DNA of 64,000 nucleotides from Owenia fusiformis (Eukaryota): NCBI GenBank assembly GCA_903813345.2, contig CAIIXF020000001.1, positions 35,092,001 to 35,156,000 of the forward strand, read 5' to 3'. Shown piece by piece: positions 51,428 to 62,900 of this stretch (position 1 is its first letter; each line of letters starts with the position of its first letter). The notes under the pieces were generated by a model. It saw only the letters and a program-made list of their open reading frames with translations, ran no database searches and was not told where the DNA came from. The position numbers and the translations under genes were made by a program.

Positions 51428-54400
51428 ATGAAGACTCTCTTGCTACTAAGGTAAGTTTGAGAAGTTTGAGAGTCTTGTTTTCAGTGTTCAGGGTTTTATC
51501 CTCAAATTTGATCAAAATATGCCAAATATGACTTTTTTCAGTACTATAGGGGCAAGCATATTTATCTTAAAAATCCCAAGCAATTGCAGTCAGTCACTTT
51601 AATGAGAGGAAGTTCAATGATATTGTTGTAGGTATTGAAATATTTGGTTGCTCCATTCAGAAGCATTTGATGAAATATTATTTGTTTCATGGTGAAGTTT
51701 TTTTCATGTTAAAGTATTCTATTTGATTGACATCTCAATTCCTATTGCTGTTGTTCATTTATTAATTTACTTAATTGTAGCTCTTTCTTTGTGCATACCC
51801 TTGTGGTGAATGGCTTCACAACACCAGCCTATATGTTCAACTTCACAGGCCCTGTAGACACTGCTGATGAACGTAAGATGAATATAATTTCATTATTATG
51901 CCAAAATTAAACATGTGCACCAAAGATCAAATTTCTGTGATATCTCAATGTTATAGTCTCCAAAATGTGTTTATTTCTAATTCAAAGTTTGTTCTTTGAT
52001 TTTCGGTGACTGTCAAATGACTTGAAATCAGGCTTGAATATTGTACCTAATAAAAATTAACAACAACAAGGCATTAACATGACAAAATGTCACCACCTAG
52101 TTGCTCACAATATTATGAGTTCAAACTTAAGTCAGATTTGAATTTCTGAGAACTTGTAAAGTCAAATTTGAACTTCTGAAAAGATGTAGATGATTTTGAA
52201 AAAAAAATTTGGTCAATTTGAAGCAAGTTGAAAACAGACCTTTTTGACCTTGAGAAGGTCATTAAAGGTCAAATGTCAAATCTAAAGTCAGATTTGAATT
52301 TCTGAGAACATGTAGATGATTTTGAAAAAAAAAATTAGTCAATTTGAAGCAAGTTGAAAACAGACCTTTTTGACCTTTTTTGACCTTGAGAAGGTCATTG
52401 AAGGTCAAATGTCAAATCTAAAGTCAGATTTGAATTTCTGAGAACACGTAGATGATTTTGAAAAAAAAATTTAGTCAATTTGAAGCAAGTTGAAAAAAGA
52501 CCTTTTTGACCTTTTTTGACTTTGAGAAGGTCATTGAAGGTCAAATGTCAAATCTTAAGTCAAATCTAAAGTCAGATTTGAATTTCTGAGAACAAGTAGA
52601 TGATTTTGAAAAAAATTTTTAGTCAATTTGAAGCAAGTTGAAAACAGACCTTTTTGACCTTGAGAAGGTCATTAAAGGTCAAATGTCAAATCTAAAGTCA
52701 GATTTGAATTTCTGAGAACATGTAGATGATTTTGAAAAAAAAATTAGTCAATTTGAAGCAAGTTGAAAAAAGACCTTTTTGACCTTGAGAAGGTCATTGA
52801 AGGTCAAATGTCAAATCTAAAGTCAGATTTGAATTTCTGAGAACATGTAGATGATTTTGAAAAAAAAAATTAGTCAATTTGAAGCAAGTTGAAAAAAGAC
52901 CTTTTTGACCTTTTTTGACTTTGAGAAGGTCATTGAAGGTCAAATGTCAAATCTTAAGTCAAATCTAAAGTCAGATTTGAATTTCTGAGAACACGTAGAT
53001 GATTTTGAAATTTTTTTTTAGTCAATTTGAAGCAAGTTGAAAACAGACCTTGTTGACCTTTTTTGACCTCGAGAAGGTCATTGAAGGTCAAATGTCAAAT
53101 CTTAAGTCAGATTTGAATTTCTGAGAACACGTAGATCATTTTGAAAAAAAAATTTAGTCAATTTGAAGCAAGTTGAAAACAGACCTTTTTGACCTTTTTT
53201 GACCTTGAGAAGGTCATTGAAGGTCAAATGTCAAATCTAAAGTCAGATTTGAAATTCTGAGAACATGTAGATGATTTTGAAAAAAAATTTAGTCAATTTG
53301 AAGCAAGTTGAAAAAATACCTTTTTGACCTTTTTTGACTTTGAGAAGGTCATTGAAGGTCAAATGTCAAATCTTAAGTCAAATCTAAAGTCAGATTTAAG
53401 ATTCTGAGAACACGTAGATGATTTTGAAATTTTTTTTTAGTCAATTTGAAGCAAGTTGAAAACAGACCTTTTTGACCTTTTTTGACCTTAAGAAGGTCAT
53501 TGAAGGTCAAATGTCAAATCTCAAGTCAAATCTTAAGTCAAATTTGAATTTCTGAGAACACGTAGATGATTTTGAAAAAAAAATTTAGTCAATTTGAAGC
53601 AAGTTGAAAACAGACCTTTTTGACCTTTTTTGACCTTGAGAAGGTCATTGAAGGTCAAATGTCAAATCTAAAGTCAGATTTGAAGGTCAAATGTCAAATC
53701 TAAAGTCAGATTTGAATTTCTGAGAACATGTAGATGATTTTGAAAAAAATTTAGTCAATGTGAAGCAAGTTGAAAAAAGACCTTTTTGACCTTGAGAAGG
53801 TCATTGAAGGTCAAATGTCAAATCTAAAGTCAGATTTGAACTTCTGAGAACATGTAGATGATTTAGAAAAAAATTGAAGTTAGTCTAAACAGTATTTGTT
53901 AAGTTATAGGAAGTTGTAAGAAATTGTTACAGACGCCGGACGCCAACCGCCGGACGCCAACCGCCGGACGCCAACCGCCGGACGCCAACCACCAACCGCC
54001 GGACGCCAACCGCCGTCGCAAAAAAACGGAGACCATAACAATATGTCACCACTTTTGGTGGTGACATAAAAAAACGGAGACCATAACAATATGTCACCAC
54101 TTTTGGTGGTGACATAAAAAAACGGAGACCATAACAATATGTCACCACTTTTGGTGGTGACATAATAAAAATGGACAACTTGTATTATACAGGAGCTGAA
54201 TGCAAGACTATTGCAATGATGGTCTGTGATGTATTCCAGGTGATTGCTGGAGTACTAGCTTAGAGAGTATGAATGCAGTGACCAAGACATGTGTAGGAAC
54301 ACTCATAAAGACCAAAGAATTTCGCAGTTATTTAGACCTGGATGTTTGTGAATTGTAAGTCACAACCAGAACAACGGCTTTTAAGTAGCCACCTATACAA

Positions 54401-56931
54401 TTTTTGAAAAATCGCACATATGTACTTGTAAAATAACACACATAAAAATGGTGGCCATTTTTCAAAATTTTCCACTACTCCCCAAAGTTTTATTAGACAA
54501 TGTGCCATGCTTAGAGTATTCACATATCAAATATGAACAAAATCGCTCCACTTCTTTTCGAGTTATAGTAAAAAATGTAAAAATGACGGCCATTTTTTAA
54601 AATGGCCGCCTACTATCCGAAGTGTCATGAGACAGTGTGCAAGGCTCATGAGTATTCATATATCAAATATGAACAAAATCGCTTCACTACTTTTCAAGTT
54701 ATAGTAAAAAAACGGTGGCCATTTTCAAAATGGCCGCCTACTACCAAAAGTGTCATTAGACAGTGCGCCATGCTTATAGTATTCACATATAAAATATGAA
54801 ACATACCAAATATGAACAAAATCGCTAAACTACTTTTCAAGTTGTTTTCTTTGGGATAATAACATTTCAAATACCAGAGCATTTGTTAACAGTTTTTGCC
54901 ATTTTACTTAATTAATCTACAATCTTTGGTGTTCACCTTGACAAAGATAGTGAACCTAGACTAATTATACTCATTTTAATGTGCAGGGTGGTCCAAAAAA
55001 TCATTAACACTTCTGATACGTACCATTTTCTATTAATAGGTAAATTTCACAATTTGTTTTCATAGAACTGTCTTACAAACATTCATGTTGGACGGGGTTA
55101 TTACCAAACTCAAGGTGAGAATATCCAAAGCAGATTAAGCACCAAGCAGCTCGAATGCTCATCAAATAGTTGTATATTAGAAAAAAGTACATCACACAAA
55201 ACTTAAATGTTTGTAAGACAGTTATATGAAAAAAATTGTGAATAATTTTTTGGACCACCCTGTAGATTTGCCTTACTTGATCAAATTTTGTCAGAGGTAG
55301 GTAGAGCCATTAAAGTGAGAAATTCCATCATATATCCGTCACTCTGGGTATTACAGAGGTCTAATCCAATAAACCAGCGCAGCTTAATAATCATAATGAT
55401 CAGAGGAACATAAGCACAAATATGAACTACCTTGTCACTGTAACAACGATTTGTCCTTTTTTCAGATTCACATTCATGAATTTTTTTTATGAAAACTAGA
55501 AAAACAGCAACTCCACAGAGTAGCAAATCCCACCGAACAAAACATGTTTTGATAAATAGCGGCCATATAAAATCTGAGCCAAATCCATCTACTGGTATTT
55601 GAATTATCAAAGATCATGATTTTATGAAACATGATTGCCATTTTGAAATTCAGCTGTCATCTTTAGATTTCTCAAGGTATCAGCATATACAATTTAATAC
55701 AAATCCGTCAACTGGTACTTGAGTTATCAAGGATTACATGTTTAATGAAAAATGGCGGAGATTTCAATAAATAGCAGCCACCTTGAAAATTTCTTCTCAA
55801 GCAGAGCTCCTTTATCTCTAGGCATCAGTATATAAAATTTGAAGTAAATCTGGCCAATGGTATTTGAGTTATCAAAGATTACCCTTTTTATGAAATATGG
55901 CAGCCATTTTGAAATTCAGCTGACACCTTTGAAATTTCTTCTGAAGCAGATCTCCTTTTTCTCTAAACATCAGCATATAAAATTTGGAACCAAATCCATC
56001 CACTGGTATTTGAGTTATCAATGATTATGTTTTTTTACGAAAAATGGGGGGCCATTTTGAAATTCAGTGGCCATCTTGAAAAATGTCTTCTTGAGCAGAA
56101 CTTCTTTGTCTCTAGGCATCAGCATATAAAATTTGAACCAAATCCGTCAACTGGTATTTGAGTTATCAAAGGTTACGTTCTTTGAATAAAAACGGCAGCC
56201 ATTTTGAAATTTGGCTGCCATCTTGAAAATCCCTTCCAGAGCAGAGCTCCTATATCCCTAGGCATCAGCATGTTAAATTTGAACCAAATCCATTCAATGG
56301 TATTTGAGTTATCAAAGGTAATGTTTTTTTTCACGAAAATGGCAGCCATTTTAAAATATGGTGGCCATCTTGAAATTGTTTTCTTGAGCAAGGCTCCTTT
56401 GTACCCAGGCAACAGCATATAAAATTTGAACCAAATCCATCCACTAGTATTTGAGTTATCAAAGATTAAATTTTTTCTGAAAAATGGCCTCCATTTTGAA
56501 TTAAGTGGCCATCTTGAAAATTTCTTCTCGAGCAGAGGTCCTACACCCATAAGGGATAAGAAACCTATAAAATTTGAATGAAATCTGTAAACCGGTATTT
56601 GAGTTATTGCTCAGCACACAAACGGACGGAAGGACGGCTTTTCTATATCTCTCTCCAACTTCGTTCGGTGGAATAATTATATTTTCTGTGAACATCTAAA
56701 ATCAATTTGTCTAATTTGGTGATTGCTATAGCAGCTTTGTATTTCAGCACCAAGAAAACTGTATTAATGGTTGAGACATGTCTTGTCAAAGAGTTTGTGA
56801 AGGTAACAAACTGCTCTCTTAAAATCATAAAGAATATGATTGGGATTTTTGATGAAGGGAAGTCAATGGCACAGCAAGATGTGGAGTATAAGTTCTGCGA
56901 TGGACCAGCACCAAACCTTATGATGCAATAA
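51428..56931 (+). CDS. Unrecognised small secreted six-cysteine protein (137 aa), on the strand opposite RFC1
   Basis: Exons 51428-51450, 51781-51872, 54240-54354 and 56748-56931 all have GT-AG boundaries and matching phases (2,1,2), 414 nt in total. Protein: MKTLLLLSSFFVHTLVVNGFTTPAYMFNFTGPVDTADERDCWSTSLESMNAVTKTCVGTLIKTKEFRSYLDLDVCEFTKKTVLMVETCLVKEFVKVTNCSLKIIKNMIGIFDEGKSMAQQDVEYKFCDGPAPNLMMQ*. Confidence 0.72.
52062..54168. mobile_element. HINE/Helentron-like element with a satellite array of about 1.75 kb (units of about 125-145 bp), a 14-bp minisatellite and a triplicated 3' hairpin
   Basis: 5' ATGTCACCAC; about 12 units of AAGTCAGATTTGAATTTCTGAGAAC...TGACCTTGAGAAGGTCATTGAAGGTCAAATGTC; (CCGCCGGACGCCAA)n; three copies of GGAGACCATAACAATATGTCACCACTTTTGGTGGTGACATAA. 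An isolated 3' end of the same family lies at 9236-9280. Confidence 0.82.
54984..55262. mobile_element. Tc1/mariner-type MITE
   Basis: CAGGGTGGTCCAAAAAAT ... ATTTTTTGGACCACCCTG|TA. Confidence 0.8.
55494..56680. mobile_element. HINE-like element with an internal tandem array of about 150-bp units
   Basis: AACTAGAAAAACAGCAACTCC head, subterminal CCACCGAAC / GTTCGGTGG inverted repeat, repeated GGCATCAGCATATAAAATTTGAACCAAATCC...GGTATTTGAGTTATCAA units, and a GACG microsatellite at the 3' end. Confidence 0.8.
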
Positions 56932-57030
56932 GAAAAATGTGAAACAGGACAGACTCATCAAATCCATAATGAGACTCTTAATATTGACTGAGACATCCTA
57001 GCATACATGTAATTTGAAAAAATACAAAAT

Positions 57031-59156
57031 ACAAGAACACAAATGTGTACAACATGTCCCCACTGATGGGTGATCCTGCCTATAAACTGCAAATTTTTCA
57101 TCCTGAATGCCTAACACTAATCAGTTGAAAAGACAAGATTTTAAGAGAAAAATCAGTTCCAAGATTTTCATCCTAAGAGTCATTCCTGAAAAAGATGGGT
57201 ATCGATATGGCAAACTTTTTGAACACACATTTCTCTTAAACCAGTCATCAAAAAATTCTGAAAATTTTACACATTGTCAATTTAATGGTCATCTTTTGAA
57301 GGGTAACAATACAATTGAAAATATATATATATATAATTTCATCTATATTGTTTTAGAAAACACATCAAACACTTGTTTTGTTCTTGATATTATGTTTCCA
57401 GAGTGAAATGAAACATCTTTCCGAACCTCATTGGAACAAAAAGACATAAACAAAACATGTTTAGGTCTCTCAATATTGTAATTGTACAAAGGAGATTTTG
57501 GTTGATTTTAAAAAAGTATCTTGTTAATGAAATAAAAGGTTTATCTTGATTTTTATCTATTTTATCTAATTTTTTGAATACTTTTTTAAAATCAACCCAA
57601 AATGTCTTTGTATAACTATAATATTGAGAGGTCTAAAAACATGTTGTATATGCTATTTTGTTCCAACAAGGTTCGGAAAGACATTTTATTTCATTCTCAA
57701 GAATTGGTAGGAAGGAGCAAAAACAATTGCACTAGAAAAACAAAAAAATGTTAACAAAAACAGTTACAATATTTGCCGTAATTGGCGCCCATGTTCCTAT
57801 TAGCGCCCCCCCCCCCCCCCCCCCCCTAGACTTTTGGAGGCCCGAGGGTGAGTCCCTGGTTGAAGAATCAACGATCATTTTGGTCAAACGTAATAGTGGG
57901 CGATAATAGGGTCCCGACATGTAATTCCAAAACGAGGCTGAGAAAAAAATTCGAATTCGATTCAGCAGGTATAAGTCCGTTTTCCTATGGATTTATAGAG
58001 TAAAATACTGATGTAAGTACATATTTTATATTCCATTAGTGTAGCAAAAAGAGTGGGATAGGTATGAACCCCAGGATCCATGCAAACGTGGCGAATTTCA
58101 CGAACCAAAATTTTCTTCCAATTTTTTTCTAAACTGAAAGTGAAACTCCGGCATCTTTTCTCAGGCGGGACATTATGGGCGCTAATAAGGACAACTTTTT
58201 GAACTGTTTTGACTTACTTTAAGCGCCCGGGCGCCTACTACGGCAAATACGGTATATAAAATATTTCTAAATAATTTTCGCATTAAATTGTTGTCAATCA
58301 GTCAACATTACATAAAATACCGTGTTTTTTTACATAATGTTTTTAATGATTGGTTTAAGAGAAAAACATTGTTGAATTCAGTTCTCCATATCGATACAAC
58401 TCCTTTAAAGAAAAACCTGAAAAAGACAAGACTTTACAGATTTTAGGACTGAAAATCCAAAATGGCTGCCTTGACATTTACCCAGAATGCCAAAAAAACT
58501 AATCAGATCTATATTTTCATACTATAGTACAAAGAATCATCCCTGAAAATTTGAAATTGATCTACCAAACGGTTCACCTGAAAACGCATAGACAATTAAG
58601 ACTTTAAGATTTTAGGATGGAAAATCCAAAATGGCTGACAATAAAAAAGTGATAATGAGTTTTTGCTTATTTCTTTTCACAAAATTATACAAAAGTACAC
58701 CTGAAATTATTCATAAAGCTACTAAATAGTTGAAGTATGAAAACTCAAAAACACCATTCAAAATGATACAAAGTATTATCGCGTGCCAACTTTCAAAAGA
58801 CATTCAAAATGGCTGCCATGACTGAGCAAAAATAGGTTCAAAACCTAATCAGATGTAGAATGAAGTGAGTTGAACAAGATGTTAAAGTTTTAAAATTATC
58901 TGAAAAGCAGTTTTTCTTAAAGTTTGCAGACACAGATTTTAGCACTAGACTTCAAAATGGCTGACACTGGAAGTAGGTATTGAGTCAAAATTTTCTGTAC
59001 CGCATCTGTATGTACTCATTATTTATCCCTGAAAATTTGAAGATGGTATTTCTAGCAGTTTAGGAGGAAACTGTTGGACCTACAGATGGACAGACTGACA
59101 GACAGACACGCCTAGGCCGACAATATGGCCCCACACTATGTGGTGGGGACATAAAA
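57031..59156. mobile_element. Old HINE-like element with nested insertions (foldback at 57403-57696, MITE at 57765-58254)
   Basis: 5' ATGTCCCCAC and 3' GTGGGGACAT inverted repeat, GACA microsatellite before the 3' hairpin, AAAATGGCTG units. The nested MITE has termini TATTTGCCGTA..GGCGCCC / GGGCGCC..TACGGCAAATA. Confidence 0.65.
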
Positions 59157-59942
59157 ACCATCAACCCAAAGTATAAAAGATTTGACAACAGTATTGTTTT
59201 CTTTATTGCAAATAGCGATGACCTATATGAAGGCTGAAGAGAAACTCTTAGAATTTATTTTTTCAATTAAAAGTAGTCAATAATCAAAAATCATTTAAAT
59301 ATTGTGTGTAATAGTCTAAACCTAATAGTACTGAACTTAAAATATATTTATCATACATGTTAAAATATCACCACCTGGTTGCACACAGCATAACATTAAG
59401 ATTAGACTGACTGTTTTTTTACAGGACTTTTTAAATCCTCTTGGGTCAAAGAAGCACCGTAATCTTATTTGCAATAACCTGATAAATCTTCTCGACTCTT
59501 CTTGAGACTGATGAAGTTGTCTATTGTTGTCATAGTGATAGTAGACATTCGAAACTTGCTATAAATATGAAAAGGCCAACAGAGCCAATAAAAGAACCGG
59601 CATGTTTATTCCTGACAGCTTTTTAAGTTGGACCTCATTAGGATTTTGAAATGAACAATCCGAGGCCAATCAACACTGGGTCTATAAGGTCTAGGTCTAT
59701 AAATCATAATGGGATAGGAAATTGATATTCATAAAGCAAACTAAATATCATATAGGCTGACTTAATAACAGGAAATACTTTCTCAATTTAAAGGGGCAAT
59801 TCATTAACCATTTGTTTAAAGAATTAGGCTCATTTCCATATGTCTAATTCATACGTGGCATCAATTTGGAAACAGAACACACTGTCAATCTACCATTGTA
59901 TTATAAAACCATCAACTAGCAGATACACAGTGTAGCACTAGG

Positions 59943-62900
59943 ATGAAGCCACTCTTGATACTTAGGTAAGCTTGAAACGTTATTACAAATATTACAATAC
60001 AATTACAATATAGCTTGACAACAATTTCAACATACACTGTATATGAAAACAACAGCAGATAGAAGTAGAATAAATTAGTCTCATGATGAGTTTGCAACAT
60101 GAGTGTGAGTGTGAACAATATTTAACAATAGTTTCTGTTTCCAACTGTAGTTTAACCAGTGAACTATAGCGACAAGACATATTTAATGTTAGGTTAAACA
60201 TGTAATGCTAGATAAACCACAACTATGATTTGATGACAGGCAGAACTCACCTGCAAAATAGAATTTTGATCAATGGCAGGTTATTATTTAAAACATTGAT
60301 TTATTTGTAGCGCAATCTTTGGATATGCATGTTCACGTGTAGTGAATAATTCTGAAACTACGCAAGACCATGTTTTTACAACACTAGAAAATAGTACAAC
60401 ATTAGAGAGTACAACATTAGAGAGCACAACACCAAAGAATTCAACACCAGAAAATGTACGAACAGAGATTACAACATCAGAGAATTCAACAACAGAAAAT
60501 GTAATAACAGAGAGTACAACACTTGAGACTACAATAGCACCAACCATCAACAGAAGTGAGACAAATATATCCTTACTTGCTTATTAAATTACTAGAATGT
60601 CCTTATGATTGTCCTGCTGTCAAAAATCATGACAATACACTTTGATAATAAAACATATCTACAATAACATGTAGATGGTCAAATTAGCGAGCATAATTTA
60701 TTACTCAAACATGAACAGGATGCCTACATTTTGAGTGACTTATAACTACTATGAATTTCCATAGCTTCAATGCTAATATTGGTTAATAACAAGTTAATTC
60801 AGCTTGCTCCATAGCCAAATGCTGATTTATTATCAAATGCTTCTGAACCAATTCAATTCGGAAATGGTTTTTGGGACAGATAATGGCAGTATTTAATAAC
60901 CTTGCATTAAAATAAAATAATAATAATGACCGTTTCAAGCATGTTGATGCCTTAATATTTTATAGAGCATCATGAGTTTCGCCGTAAACACTGGCTGCCA
61001 TACTTTAAAGATAATACTCCAAGCAATACCTCTGTTGATTTGGGTGGACGAGCAAAATTAACATGTCATGTGGGGATTCTAGGAACCAGAACTGTAAGTG
61101 TGGGATTCCACTAATGTTTGCTTCTAGTAAAGATTATGCATAACAACACAAAAAGTGTTCAATGAAAAATGGATATTCACTACAGAATGTTTTTTTAACA
61201 TGGTGACAGATATGGTGTTTACTTGAGACAGGTGTTCACTGAGACAGGTTTTCTTGCATGAATAAATCAATCATTTATCAATAATTTCTAATGCATTTCT
61301 TCATCTGATAATATATATTTAAGCTAACCACAATGTATCCTTGTTGTTTCTTATTGGCGATTGTCTAGGTGATTTGGAAACGAAGTTCTGACAATGTTCT
61401 TCTTACTGTTGGCTTGTTCACATTTGTCTACGATGAAAGGATAAGAGCTGAGCATAACCCAGGGTCAAATGAATCGAGTCTAATTATTGAAAATGCAAAA
61501 TTATCAGATGATGGAATCTATGAGTGTCGAGTCAGTTCAAAAACACCAGTAGTATGGAAAGTCAGATTAACTGTACAAGGTGAGCTGAATTTACTTCACA
61601 AATATCTTTCATTGTGTGTCCAGTAAAATAGATCAAAATGTATAAATATGTATGATATACAATGTATAAACTTACGGATGAATTCATATTTATGGAGAAT
61701 GTACATTAGGGTATTAACTCCATGTATCCTACTGACTGGATAAATTTAAAGAAATTCTTTCAGAATATCCTAATCTGACTTAAACTATTAATATAAATTG
61801 TGCAAATCAAATCAAATTTCTTAACATATTTTAAATGTGTAGGATCAGAGTTGACTTGGAACCTGAGTTATCCAGTTACCAATATAGGGTTCAGAACCTT
61901 GCACATTTGATCAATACATTACAAGATGTAAAAAGGTGTTCAAACACAAAAAAAATATTTTTGAAAATGATTTAAAAAGTATCAGGTGAATCATCTCTGC
62001 TGTAAAAGTGAATGATATACTTACATGTATTTAGAAAATGCAACACCAGAAAATGTAACAACAGAGAGTACAACATCAGAGAATTCAACAACAGAAAATG
62101 TAATAACAGAGAGTACAACACTTGAGACTACAATAGCACCAACCATCAACAGAAGTGAGACAAATATATCCTTACTTGCTTATTAAATTACTAGAATGTC
62201 CTTATGATTGTCCTGCTGTCAAAAATCATGACAATACACTTTGATAATAAAACATATCTACAATAACATGTAGATGGTCAAATTAGCGAGCATAATTTAT
62301 TACTCAAACATGAACAGGATGCCTACATTTTGAGTGACTTATAACTACTATGAATTTCCATAGCTTCAATGCTAATATTGGTTAATAACAAGTTAATTCA
62401 GCTTGCTCCATAGCCAAATGCTGATTTATTATCAAATGCTTCTGAACCAATTCAATTCAGAAATGGTTTTTGGGACAGATAATGGCAGTATTTAATAACC
62501 TTGCATTAAAATAAAATAATAATAATGACCGTTTCAAGCATGTTGATGCCTTAATATTTTATAGAGCATCATGAGTTTCGCCGTAAACACTGGCTGCCAT
62601 ACTTTAAAGATAATACTCCAAGCAATACCTCTGTTGATTTGGGTGGACGAGCAAAATTAACATGTCATGTGGGGATTCTAGGAACCAGAACTGTAAGTGT
62701 GGGATTCCACTAATGTTTGCTTCTAGTAAAGATTATGCATAACAACACAAAAAGTGTTCAATGAAAAATGGATATTCACTACAGAATGTTTTTTTAACAT
62801 GGTGACAGATATGGTGTTTACTTGAGACAGGTGTTCACTGAGACAGGTTTTCTTGCATGAATAAATCAATCATTTATCAATAATTTCTAATGCATTTCTT

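Noticed and set aside
52124..54168. CRISPR-like array
   Set aside because: Eukaryotic context; units are near-identical along their whole length with no unique spacers and no cas genes.
54193..54239. Selenoprotein or frameshifted pseudogene reading with in-frame TGA codons
   Set aside because: Using the AG at 54238-54239 gives a clean, phase-correct exon. The TGA-containing stretch is then intronic, and no SECIS was identified.
55266..55296. Extra exon (FALLDQILSE) of the nested 6-Cys gene
   Set aside because: Its acceptor is formed by the end of a MITE, and its phase-0 exit does not match the phase-2 acceptor at 56748.
56173..56695. ORFs containing KMAA/KWPP motifs (also at 16908-17617, 21220-21420, 47254-47520)
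   Set aside because: They are translations of the AAAATGGCGGCC-containing HINE repeat units, not genes.
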